A DNA stretch of 64,000 bases from Mustelus asterias. Its lineage: Eukaryota. The position numbers and the translations under genes are program-made. Of the stretch, positions 10,920 to 22,890 are shown piece by piece. The stretch covers positions 1-64,000 of the forward strand of contig NW_027591235.1 of NCBI RefSeq assembly GCF_964213995.1, given 5' to 3'. Position 1 is the first letter of the stretch. Every line of letters starts with the position of its first letter. The notes under the pieces are model-generated. The model was not told the origin of the DNA, did not search any database, and saw nothing but the letters and a program-made list of their open reading frames with translations.

Positions 10920-11474
10920 GGTGTCGGAGTCCTTGTGTCTCTCCACAATCAGTGCACTGGAACACTCTGATACGGGTGTGAGAATCTCAGTGCTTTTCCA
11001 GTCAAAACCTCTCCTTCCAATATCCACTGAAAGGAGTTTACAAAAATCATCACTGTCAGCACATGATAGAAATTCAAAACAGACAATTGTAGTTTCTATG
11101 GAACATTCTTTAAATCTCCACCCACGCCCCTCACACATACACTCTCTCTCTCATTCCATTTAGCATTCTGCGGCACGGTGGCACAGTGGTTAGCACCATC
11201 AGCTCCAAGTTCCCCTCCAACCCACACACCATCCTGACTTGTCTGACATCCAGGACTAAGAGAACAGAAATGTTTTCCATATAAATACTGGGAAGTCTGA
11301 ACCCATTGTCTTCAGTCCCCACGACAAACTCCACTCCCTGTCGGAGCCGGAACCAGGCTGTTCACAACCATGGTGAAATATTTCACTCCAGGATGAGCTT
11401 CCAGCCACATCATCATCAAGACTGCCTATTTCCACCTCAGTGACATCGTCCGACGCCACCCAGTCTCAACTCAT

Positions 11475-13355
11475 TAGACCATAAGACACAGTAACAGAAT
11501 TAGGCCACTCGGCCCATCGAGTCTGCTCCGCCATTCAATCTTGGCTGATATTTTTCTCATCCCCATTCTCCTGCCTTTTCCCCATAATCCCTGATCCCCT
11601 CATTAATCAGGAACCTATCTATCTCTGTCTTAAAGACACTCAATGACCCGGCCTCCACAGCCTTCTGCAGCAAAGAGTTCCACAGATTCACCATTCTCTG
11701 GCTGAAGAAATTCCTCCTCATCTCTGTTTCAGAGGATCGTCCCTTTAGCCTGAGGTTGTGCCCTCTATTTCTAGCTGTTCCTACTAGTGGAAACATTCTC
11801 TCCACGTCCACTCTATCCAGGCCTCGCCGTATCCTGTAAGTTTCAATAAGATCCCCCCTCATCCTTATAAACTCCGATGAGTACAGATCCAGAGTCCTGA
11901 ACTGTTCCTCATAGAACAAGCTCTTCATTCCAGGGATCATTCTTGTGAACCTCCTCTGGACCTTTTCCAAAGCCAGCACATCCTTCCTTAGATATGGGGA
12001 CCAAAACTGCTCACAACAGTCCAAATGGGGGCTGACCAGAGCCTTACGCAGCCTCAGAAATATATCCCTGCTCTTGTATTCCAGGCCTATCGACATGAAT
12101 GCTAACATTGCATTTGCCTTCCTAACTGCCAACTGAACCTGCACGTTAACTTTAAGAGAATCTTGAACAATGACTTCCAGGTCCCTTTGTGTTTCTGATT
12201 TCCTCAGCATTTCCCCATTTAGAAAATAGTCTGTGCCTCCATTCCTCCTTCCAAAGTGCATAACCTCACACTTCTCCACATTGTATTCCATCTGCCGCTT
12301 CTTTGCCCATTCTCCTAACCTGTCCAAGTCCTTCTGCAGCCCCCCTGCTTCCTCGTTACTACCTCTCCCTCTACATATCTTTGTATCATCTGCAAACTTA
12401 GCAACAGTGCCTTCAGTTCCTTCCTCCAAATCGTTAATGTATATTGTGAAAAGTTGCGGTCCCAACACTGACCCCTGAGGCACACCACTGGTCACCGGCT
12501 GCCATCCTGAGAAAGACCCCTTTATCCCCACTCTCTGCCTTCTGCCAGCCAATCCTCTATCCATGCCAGGATCTTACCCTTAACACCATAGGCACTTAAC
12601 TTATTTAACAGTTTCCTCTGCACCACCTTGTCAAAGGCCTTCTGGAAATCTAAATAAATCAGGTCCACTAGTTCTCTTTTATCTAACTTCTTTGTTACCA
12701 GATATGATCTAAGGAGATCCATCAAAGATGCCAAAAGACAATACTGGACCAAGCTAGAGTCCCAGGCTAGCCACACCAATCCCCGCTGACTATGGCAAGG
12801 TCTGCAAGACATAACAGTCTCCAAGGTGAAGATATGTAAAATCGCCGGCTCCAACGCTCCTCTCCCTGATGAGCTCAATGCATTCGTTTTGAGCAAGAGG
12901 TCAGCGAGAGCATGCCCTCCACCCTGGAAGCCCTGGATGAACCTGTATCTGGGGTCTCCATTGCAGATGTCAGAGCAGCTTTCTTCAAGGTCAACCCACA
13001 GAAAGCAACTGGCCCGGATGGGATACCCGGATGTGCATTCAGATCCTGTGCGGATCAGCCGGCAGAGGTATTCACAGACATCTTCAACCTCTCTTTACAA
13101 CAATCTGAGGTCCCTATGTTTTCTCTGTATAGCGCACAAGAAACAATACTTTTCACTGTATGTTAATACATGCGACAATAATAAATCAAATCAAATCAAA
13201 AGCTCCTCAAAGAACTCTAACAGATTTGTCAGACATGACCTCCCCTTGACAAAGCCGTGCTGACTCAGTCCTACTTTATCCTGCACTTCCAAGTACTCTG
13301 CGATCTCAGCTTTAATAATGGACTCGAAAATCTTGGCAATGACCGAAGTCGGGCA
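11475..13355 (-). mobile_element. 5'-truncated CR1 LINE (RT C-terminal half), interrupted at 12699..13200
   Basis: SGVPQGSVLGP...YINDL...KFADDTK...WNSL. CR1 sequence resumes at 13201 after the insert. Confidence 0.9.
12699..13200 (+). mobile_element. Rex1/Babar-type LINE derivative, internally deleted
   Basis: LPDELNAF...KVNPQKATGPDGIPG..RSCADQ.AEVFTDIFNLSL is joined directly to a 3' UTR ending AATAAATCAAATCAAATCAAA. Confidence 0.7.
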
Positions 13356-13363
13356 AATTTGGA

Positions 13364-13588
13364 ACCCTCACCCATTCCATTGTGACCTCACACTCTCACC
13401 CATTCCATTGTGACCTCACACTCTCACCCATTCCATTGTGACATCACACTTTCACCCATTCCATTGTGACGTCACACTCCGACCCATTCCATTGTGACGT
13501 CACACCCTCACCCATTCCATTGTGACATCACACACTCACACATTCCATTGTGACGTCACACCCTCACCCATTCCATTGTGACATCACT
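13364..13588. repeat. 28-bp minisatellite, 8 copies
   Basis: Unit CCCTCACCCATTCCATTGTGACNTCACA; TGTGAC recurs at 13381, 13409, 13437, 13465, 13493, 13521, 13549 and 13577. Confidence 0.95.
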
Positions 13589-13636
13589 CCCCGATCACAA
13601 TCCCTGCCGGCCTCCCACATGCAGCCTCAATGGCGG

Positions 13637-13888
13637 TGATGCACTATCTATCAATCAAGTAAAGACTAGTTTGTTTGCAAGAACAAATCGGCTTTTATTC
13701 GCAAAAGACTTGGAGCACACACCCATGCTGATGAACTGGTCCAGCAACTGAGGCAGGAGGGTGGGGAGCAGTCACCTTCATACCTGGACGGGGGGGGGGG
13801 GGGGGAGGAGTCTCATGCAGGGCTGGCATGGGCATGCCCAGACATGTCACACACACACAGGCAATAAGCTTAACAGTGGTTTACCACA
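13637..13888 (-). mobile_element. Solo LTR (252 bp) with 5-bp TSD
   Basis: TG...CA termini; GGCGG duplicated at 13632..13636 and 13889..13893; AATAAA on the minus strand; the paralog near 48375 shows the empty site. Confidence 0.85.
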
Positions 13889-14004
13889 GGCGGCAGTCAG
13901 CCTGGGTCTAACACTACAAGCTGCTGCTCCATTTGGTACAAATGGGGGGACCGGGAAGTTCATTTCCGGGGTTTGGGTTGGAACAACATGTTTATGAAGC
14001 CTCT

Positions 14005-14280
14005 CCACCCACCCGCCACATTTAGCATTCCCCGCACGCCGCCCTCTACCTCGGATTGATCTCGCTTCCAGGTTAAAACTGTCCGTCTGTCCGTCGCCAT
14101 TACCCGCACTGCGCATGCTTCAGGTCCCGCCCCTCATTCACTCCGATTGGTTGGAGGTCCAGCCGCTCCAGCTCGGTCCTCCAGCCCCGCCCCCTCATCC
14201 TATTGGCCCGGAGCTGCCGTCAATCAGCCCCCGGGCATTGTGATGTGGAGCATGCGCAGTGTCATTGCTGTCCTTGGCGC
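14005..14280. promoter_or_regulatory. CpG-island promoter module (copy 2, inverted)
   Basis: Reverse complement of 5340..5613 with the same NRF1-like, CCAAT and GC boxes. Confidence 0.75.
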
Positions 14281-15249
14281 TTGTTTGTCCCGGAGAAGCG
14301 GAGTCAGCGTTAGGCGGTGGCTGGGAGGATTTGGAAACACTTTGTGGATCCGCAAACCCTTCAGAATCATTGTCAGCTCCCTGGTTTGCAGCTGCGGGGC
14401 TTCTCCCTCCCGGGAACAGGCCCAGGTTAACGGCCCCATCCTGGCTCAGCCACTGGAGGATGGTTCACATCAGAGGATGGGGGAGGGGGACAATAAATAA
14501 GAGGTTACACTTTGGCCTCAAATCAATGAGGACTCTGATCTCTGGGAAGGAAGGAAACCCTGGGAGGTGGGCGGGGAGGATTCACAAACACCCGCTGGAG
14601 GCCCCAACACCCCCAGTAAGACCCATTGGTTTTATTGTCAGTCTGCAGACAGGAGCTGGAGAACTGAACCCAATCAGAGGAGAGGGAGGGAGAAAACTGG
14701 GAGTGGAGGAAAGAAATGATGCAGATGGTGAGATGGGTTTAAGCCCAGGGAGAAGGGAGAGTGTGTGGGACGGGGATTTACAGATTTTGGGGAACAAGAG
14801 AGGAAAAAATGTTCCGGAGAAACTAGAATTGTCTGTTCAGGATTTCTATTCCGGACTGACAGTGATGACTTTTCCAAATTTTTTTTTACAGGATATTGGA
14901 AGTGGAGGATTGGTAGACAGAAAACTCAAACGAACATCATGACTGGCAAAGTCACTTTGTTCATTCAGAGCTGAAGATCATTGGTCTTTGAATGTGGGAG
15001 GAGAAATGTTTGACTCTTCTGTCTGTCGGCAAAGATTTTAAACATCAGTGTGACCGGAAAAGCATTGAAACAAACACACACCCGATTGAGAGTGTTCCAG
15101 TGAACTGACTGTGGAAAGAGCTTTAACCAGTCCACAGCCTGAAGAAACATCACACAGTTCACAGCAGGGTGAAACTACATGTATGTTGTGTGTGTGGACG
15201 AGGTTTCAACTGATCATCCAACCTGGAGAAACACAAGGGCACCAGCACC

Positions 15250-16309
15250 ATGGAGAAACCGTGGAAATGTGTGGATTGTGGGAAAGGATTCAGTTTCCCA
15301 TCACAACTGGAAGTTCATTGGTGCAGTCACACTGGGGAGAGACCATTCACCTCCTCCGTTTGTGGGAAGGGATTCACCCATTCATACAACCTTCTGACTC
15401 ACCAAAGGGTTCACACTGGGGAGAGGCCGTTCACCTGCCCTGTGTGTGGGAAGGGATTCACTCGCTCATCCCACATTGTGACACACCAACTTGTTCACAC
15501 TGATGAGAGAATGTTTCCATGTTCTGACTGTGGGAAGAGTTTTAAATGCAAAAAAGATCTGCTGACACACCAACGTATTCACACGGGAGAGACCATTCAC
15601 CTGCTCTGTGTGTGGGAAAGGATTCATTCAGTCATCCCACCTGCAGACACATCAACTTGTTCACTCTGACAACAAACTTTTTAATTGTTCCGACTGCGAA
15701 GAGCTTTAAAAACAAAAAGGATCTGCTGACGCACCAATATACTCACACTGGGGAGAGGCCATTCACCTGCTGTGTGTGTGGGAAGGGATTCAGCCGTCCA
15801 TCTGCCCTACTGAACCGCCAGAGAATTCACACTGGGGAGAGGCCTTCACCTGCTCAGACTGTGGGAAGGGATTCATTAATTCATCCAACCTTCTGACACA
15901 CCAGCAGGTTCACAGTGAGGAGAGGCCATTCACTTGCTCCGTGTGTGGGAAGGGATTCACTCTTTCATCCAACTTATTGAACCACCAGCGGGTTCACACT
16001 GGGGAGAGGCCGTTCACCTGCTCCATGTGTGGGAAGGGATTCAGTCAGTCATCCAACCTGCTGACACATCAGAGAGTTCACAGTGCGGAGAGACCATTTA
16101 CCTGCTCTGTCTGTGGGAAGGGATTTTCTCATTTATCTTATCTTCTGAAACACCAGCGAGTTCACACTGGGGAGAGGCCGTTCACCTGTAATGTCTGTGG
16201 AAAGGGATTTATTCAGTCATCCCACCTGCTAACACACCGGCGAGTTCACAAGGGACTGCAAGGTTTGGATTCTACACTTATCGATGCTGTTAATCATATC
16301 CAGGACTGA
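15250..16309 (+). pseudogene. C2H2 zinc-finger pseudogene, 12 fingers; inverted paralog of 3378..4358
   Basis: Same finger series and the same [14 protein letters not shown] tail, with frameshifts near 15586, 15692 and 15843. Confidence 0.88.
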
Positions 16310-17214
16310 ATCATGTTCACTCTGACTTTTTTCTTCTGTTGAGGTTTGATATTCTGAATAAATGTGAAATAGACATTTGATTGAATCATTGTTGTAGATT
16401 TTTGTCTTTTCCATTTGAGTGTTTAACGTCACCAGGCTGGAGCTCAGAAAGGGCAATCTGAGGGAGGATACAGTAGGAACAGAACTTCATTCTAGACCCA
16501 GTCCTTCAGGGTCACGCTGAGAGGGACAAACAGCACTTTGGTCTTTTTCGTCACTTTTCACTGACAGCAAAGTCCCCGTGTGGGTGAATCCTGAGGTGTG
16601 AAAAAAATGTGTCCCAGCCGCTCTTTTCCATGGTTCCGAGCTCCCAGACATGGAACAGAAGCTCCTTTACAACTGTGTTTAGAGTCAGGAAGAACAATGG
16701 TGAATGCTGGAAACGTGCTGTCAAAGATTGGTGTAAAACTGGGATCTATTCCTGACTGAGAGTGAAACGGCAGGTTTAGGTTTCCAGACTAAAAATGCAA
16801 AAAAGTCTAAAACATTTTAATGTGTGTGTGTCAGTCCTGGTTTATTGAACAGAAACTGGCTTCAAATAAATTGGTTGAAGTCTGCATTAAAGTAGCAGCT
16901 GGAGACGTTCAAAGGAGCCTGTTAACTGCTGGGACAATGAGACAACAATTTGATTCCGAGATAGAGAAGGAGCTGCAGTGTGTGTCCAAGAATTCTCAGT
17001 TTTGTTGATGTGTGCTTCCCATACACTATCCTTCTAAATAAACCTCACTCCTATCAGCCTTTAACCATTATAAACAGAACAGAGAGAAGCTGAGCAGCAT
17101 CAGAGCCCTGACTGACCATTTGAGAATGAGTGATGTGTTCAGCTGAAGTTTCCTGTTGGTAGTTTTCTGGGTGATCTCCTTATTTTGATCATTCTCAGTG
17201 ACCCCTGGGTGTGA

Positions 17215-17730
17215 ACCTGCTCTCCTCTCTTTTAGACATTCACTCACTTAACATCTCCTCTCTCTCAGAAACTCAATCACTTAACCTCTCTCATCTCTCT
17301 AACACTCACTGAACGTCTCTCTCTCTCTCTCCAGGCATTCACTCACACTTACCTCACCTTCCACCTCCCTTACACTCTAACCTCGCTCCTGTCTCACATT
17401 CACTTAACCTCTCTCCTCTCGGATACTGTGTTCATCACTTAATGTCTCTCTATCTTTCTTTCAAACACTCACTCATTTAACCTTCCTATTTCAGATAATG
17501 CTTAAACTTATTCATTGTTTTCTCTCTCTCATTACCTCTCTCTGAAAAAGCACAAACAGACTTCATCTCTCTTCGCTGTCTGAGAAAACATCTAATTGAT
17601 GGAGATTCAATCCTCTCTGTTTCTCTCTCCCACTTCCTCTGACAGGCCCTGACTCACTTTAAATCTCCTCTTTTCTAATAACCCTGTTTGGGAAAACTCA
17701 TTTGTTCTCTAATTCCTCCTCATTTCTCCC
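17215..17730. repeat. Pyrimidine-rich low-complexity tract
   Basis: Degenerate (CT)n and CACTCACTTAACCTCTC-like units. Confidence 0.6.
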
Positions 17731-18194
17731 AGTGATGACCCTCAGTCCATCTCCCAATTCAGTGAATCTGTTAAAAGTCCAAATAATCTCCTTTCTTTAT
17801 TGTTTAAAACAGGAATGGAGCTGAATGTAATGCTGAGACCAGTAGCAATCTGTGTGGTTGTTCTTGATGCTGTCAGAGTGAGTTCACCCTCACAGACAGG
17901 AAGACTGTTCACAGTGATAACATCAAACTGACGCCGGCTGTTTCATTCTCAGGTAACACAACTTCCTGTTTCTCTGCTGCCGGTTCAAAAACGCACATCT
18001 CACTTCTGAGCAGAAAATAAATCCAGGGACAACAATCTGTTGAGAACATCTGTCAATGCGGCCTATATCTGTCCACAGAGTCAGGGCAGAATCTCACAGG
18101 TCACATTGTGGTGACATTTACAAATGAGTCAGTTATTTCTGTTCAGAGTTTCCATTCACAGATATAGCCAGCTGTGTCTGTGGATCAGTTTCTA

Positions 18195-18530
18195 AATCAT
18201 AGAAACCCTACAGTGCAGGAGGAGGCCATTCGGCCCATCAAGTCTGCACCGACCACAATCCCACCCAGGCCCTACCCCCATATCCCTACATATATTTACC
18301 CGCTAATCCCTCTAACCTACACATCTCAGAACACTAAGGGGCAAATTTAGCATGGCCAATCAGCCTAACCCACACATCTTTGGAGGAAGGAAGGAGCACC
18401 CGGAGGAAACCTACGCAGACACGAGGAGAGTGTGCAAACTCCACACAGACAGCGACCCGAGCCAGGAATCGAGCTCAGGTCCCTGGAGCTGTGAAGCAGC
18501 AGTGCTAACCACTGTGCTACCGTGCCACCC
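18195..18530 (-). mobile_element. V-SINE (HE1-like)
   Basis: Same consensus as 871..1193. Confidence 0.85.
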
Positions 18531-20204
18531 ACTGAGTTCCCTCTGCTCTGATGTGGAGATGCCGACTCTGCTCCCCATAGCTGGGAACTGATAGCCTGCT
18601 CCCTTAAATTCTATATCATTCTCTCTGTATTGCTTGTTTCCTCTGTTTCTCAGCTTTTATCTTTGATTGCGTCATCTTTCTGCTTTTTAAAATCTTTCTC
18701 AATTTTTCTCTCAGTCTTTCTGTCTCTCCTTTCCTCTGTATCTCTCTCAGGCTCTGTGTGTTCCTATTTGATCAAGATGTTCAAAATCATGAAGAGTTTC
18801 TGATTGATTATAGAGGGAAAAACAGGGAGAAAAGCAGAAAAACCCGGCAGGTCCGGCGGCATCTGTTCAGAGAGTTAACATTTTGAGTCCATGTAATTCT
18901 TCAGGGCAGGAAAAACATGCGTTATCCATCTTAGATTAGGGAATGTGATGGGGAGATTTAATAGAGGTGTTTAAAATGACAAATGATTTATGATAGTGTC
19001 AATGGAGAGAAATTATCTCGCAGGAGCAGGAGGGTTTGTCGATGGAGAGAATCAATTTCCTCGGTGCAGGAGGGTCTGTAAGCAGAGGACACAGAGATTT
19101 AATATAATTGACAACAGAACTGAAGGGGGTGATAAGGAGAATTTTTTGCACAATAACTTGATATGATCTGGAATGCACAAATTGACACGTGCTAGAAGCA
19201 GGTTTAATAATAGCTTTCAAAGGGAATTGGATAAATACTTGCAGAAGGTAAATTGGCAGAGTTATGGTGAATGGGATTAATTGGACAGTTCACTCATCTT
19301 TGTGACATTCTGAATGTTTCTCTCCTAAGGTTTTAATGTTTGATCTTTTCGGTCATAATGTGTCTCAAACAGAAGATTAAAATATTGTGTTTGATGAGCA
19401 TCAGATCTCTTTCCTGTGTGTCTGTGTAACTTGCGAACTGGTGATAACCATGAGGAGGAACTGATTATTTTCAGTTCCTCTAACGGACACACCTCAGATA
19501 TCAGAAATCCCTGGAGTTTCCCATGTCCTCATTATTCTCGCCTCGAGTATAACAGCTCTCAGTCAGGCCGAGTCAGTCACATGTGTCTCTGTCATGATGT
19601 TTCCACTTGTATTTTATCACTCACCTCCCAGTGACACTCACTATAACACAGACACCTTAAAATATCATTGTTCCCTTACACTTTGTCCTCCTATTTTAAT
19701 CAAATGTTTGTTGGGCCTCTTGTCTCCCTTAATGTCAGATTATCTGCAGTTAAAATGACCTCAGAGACACTGAAACCGACCTTTGTGATTTTTATACCAG
19801 ACTCCAATCAGCCCCAGGAGCTGCAGTTGTAAAATACAGCAGAATTGGAATAACAGATAGGTTATTGTCTGATAATGACAGTGGGGCAGAGTAACACACA
19901 CCGGAATTTAAATACATTATATCAATAGACCATGACTCACTCACACTATCAAATGAAGCCGAAACTTTGGTTCTGGTGCACTAGATACTGACTGTATTAT
20001 CATTACATTGGATCTAATGCTGTGTTCACTAACATACTGCAACATGACTTATTATTTGAACAAACATTGTATTTGTTACACTCAGAGTAAGTCAGTGCTT
20101 TGCTGTGTTGTCTCTGTGCTCCATCCCCACTCTGATTGTATTGGAGCCTGTGTGTGTCATTGTTACACTGAGACTCTCTCACTATTATTATTGGACAAAC
20201 AGCA

Positions 20205-20650
20205 AGTCACCGTCACAATGTCCGGCTGATTGACGGCAGCGCGGACCAATGGGAAGAGGGGGCAGTGCTGGAGGACCGATCTGGAGCGGTCGGTCCTCCA
20301 ACCAATAGGAGCGAACGAGGGGCGGGGCCAACTTTGACTCGAGTGTGAGTAATGGCGATGGAAAACATTTATTTTGGGCCGGAAATCTGTTCGAGGTGAT
20401 TGGCGGTACGGAGAGAGCAATGGATCGTCCAGGTGGGTGGAAACGCTGTGTAAGCATGTTGTGAGAGTCGCAAAATGCGGAAGAGAGCTTCCCGGACCCA
20501 GTTTGTACCGAGCGGGGCTGCAGCTCCTCATGTTCGTTTCGGGTTAACGTTCGCCATCTTTATTGGGGCAATATGCAGCAGTGCGCATGTGCGGCCGACA
20601 TGTTTGTAGAGGGCAATGTTGTCAATCAGCGGGAGGCGCTTGTTCCCCAG
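20205..20650. promoter_or_regulatory. Diverged CpG promoter module upstream of ZNF 22048
   Basis: GGACCAATGGGAAGAGGGGGC...GGTCCTCCAACCAAT...GGGGCGGGGC is homologous to 5390..5490; CGCCATCTT (YY1-like) and TGCGCATG (NRF1-like) are present. Confidence 0.6.
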
Positions 20651-20859
20651 TGTTCAGAATGGAGACAACTTGTCCATCAAACTGCATCAACCCTCTGAGT
20701 CCCAATGTCTTATTGATGAGGCAGAGCGCTGACAGAGAAGGAAATTGAAAGGGAAATAAAAACAATAAATGCTGGAAAATCTCAGCAGATCTGACATCAT
20801 CCGTGGAGAGAGAATAGAACCAACGTTTTGAGACTGGATAACCCATAGTCAGAGCTTGT

Positions 20860-21330
20860 ACACGTGTAAACAGAGCATGAAAACTTTGACACCTCCATGT
20901 ACCCTTGTACACCTCAATCAATCTACTTTGCTCCAAGGAGAACAACCCCAAGTTATCCAGCCTAACATTGAGATGTATAAAATTCTGAGGGGCACAGATA
21001 GGGGGGATAGAAAGGAACTTTTCTCTTTAGTAGAGAGGTCAATAACCAGGAGCCTGGATTTAAGTTCAGGGGCAGGAGGATTATAGAAGATGTGAGGGAA
21101 AGCTTTTTCACTCAGATGGTGGTGGGAATCTGGAACTCACTGCATGAAAGGGTGGTAGAGGTGGGAATCATCATAACATTTAAGAAGAATTTAGGTAAGC
21201 TCTTGAAATGCCATAGCACGTAAGGTTACGCACCAAGTGTAGAAAATGGGATTAGAATAGAACGGTGCTTGATGGCCGGCACAAACACCATGGGCCGAAG
21301 GGCCTCTTTCCATGCTGTAAAACTCTATGA
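20860..21330 (+). mobile_element. CR1 3' relics (paralog of 43745..44110)
   Basis: Decayed ORF2 end (IWNSL..VVE) and GGGCCGAAGGGCCT tail; duplicated together with the ZNF cassette. Confidence 0.65.
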
Positions 21331-22047
21331 TCACCCACGTTGGCAGCAAGTTCAATATCATCAGTCACAACCCCCCTGTATCTTCACTAACCGAATCAAT
21401 CCATTTGAAACATTTTTAGTCGAGAATGTCGCTATATTTCTGTTAGACTGGCAGTCTGCATGGAGATTTTCAGCTGTGTGTGTCCAGGACAGGAAGCAGT
21501 GAGCATGGATCTGTCAATCAGCCTCAATCAGCACCTTCAGGAGAATTGGGAGGGTGAATATTAGATACAGCAGAGTGAGAATGGAGGGAGAGTGTGTGGG
21601 ATGGAGATTTACAGCTTTTGGGGAATGAGAGTGGAAAGAATGTTCCACAGAAACTAGAATTGTCTGTTCTGAATTTCTATCCTGTACTGACTGTGATGAA
21701 TTTTGTAAATTGTTTTTACAGGATATTAGAAGAGGAATCACACCGATAAATCTTAACGATCACATCTCGATCTGACAGAGTCACTCGATTCCTTGGAAAC
21801 TAAATATCCTCAGCCTCTGAATGGGAAGGAGAAATGTTTGACTGCAAGATTTTAAGCAGCAGTGTGACTGGAAAAACACCGGGACACAAACACACACCTG
21901 AGTGAGAGTGTTCCAGTGCACTGACAGTGGAAAGAGCTTTAACCAGTGACACAGCCTGAAAATACATTGCAGCATTCACAGCAGGGAGAGACCATACCGT
22001 GTTCTCTGTGTGGACAAGGTTTCAAATGATACAAGGAGACTGAAAAT

Positions 22048-22890
22048 ATGGAAAAACCATGGAAATGTGAGGACTGTGGGAAGAGATACAAAGCGCCCTC
22101 TCTACTGGAAGCTCATCGGCACAGCCACACTGGGGAGAGGCCGTTCACCTGCTGGGTGTGTGGGAAGGGATTCATTGATTCATCCACTCTGCAGAGACAC
22201 CAGCAAGTTCACACTGGTGAGAGTGCATTCACCTGCTGTCAGTGTGGGAAGGGATTTACTCAGATATCAAGCCTGCAGACACACCAGCGAGTTCACACTG
22301 GGGAGAGGCCATTCACCTGCTCTCAGTGTGGGAAGGGATTCAGTAAGTCATCCAACCTACAGAAACACCAGCGAGTTCACACAGGAGAGAGGCCATTCGG
22401 CTGCTCTGCATGTGGGAAAAGATTCACTCAGTTATCTCAGCTGCGGGCACACCAGCGAGTTCACACTGGGGAGAGACCATTCACCTGCTCTCAGTGTGGG
22501 AAGGGATTCACTCAATTGTACAGCCTGCAGACACACCAGCGCAATCACACTGGGGAGAGGCCATACAGTTGCTTTCAGTGTGGGAAGGGATTCATTCATT
22601 TATCAAACCTGCAGACACACCAGCGAGTTCACACTGGGGAGAAGCCATTCACCTGCTCTCAGTGTGGAAAGGGATTCACTCAGTTATCTAATCTGCGGAG
22701 ACACCAGCGAGTTCACTCTGGAGAGAGGCCGTTCACCTGCCCCGTGTGTGGGAAGAGATTCACTCGGTTATCCACCCTGCAATCACACCAGCGAGTTCAC
22801 ACCGGGGAGAGACTGTTCATCTGCTCTCAGTGTGGGAAGGGATTCTGTGATTCATCCACCCTGCTGAAACACCAACAAGTTCACAAGTGA
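22048..22890 (+). CDS. C2H2 zinc-finger protein, 10 fingers
   Basis: Intact 280-aa ORF MEKPWKC...HQQVHK. Confidence 0.9.
   Translation: MEKPWKCEDCGKRYKAPSLLEAHRHSHTGERPFTCWVCGKGFIDSSTLQRHQQVHTGESAFTCCQCGKGFTQISSLQTHQRVHTGERPFTCSQCGKGFSKSSNLQKHQRVHTGERPFGCSACGKRFTQLSQLRAHQRVHTGERPFTCSQCGKGFTQLYSLQTHQRNHTGERPYSCFQCGKGFIHLSNLQTHQRVHTGEKPFTCSQCGKGFTQLSNLRRHQRVHSGERPFTCPVCGKRFTRLSTLQSHQRVHTGERLFICSQCGKGFCDSSTLLKHQQVHK

Noticed and set aside
13364-13588. 28-bp repeats as a CRISPR array
   Set aside because: The units are head-to-tail with no unique spacers, in a eukaryotic context with no cas genes.
22010-22867. Long alternative-frame ORFs over ZNF arrays (GRDSL...[16 protein letters not shown]...)
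   Set aside because: These are shadow frames of the 84-bp repeat, mostly with GTG starts, and have no independent evidence of coding.
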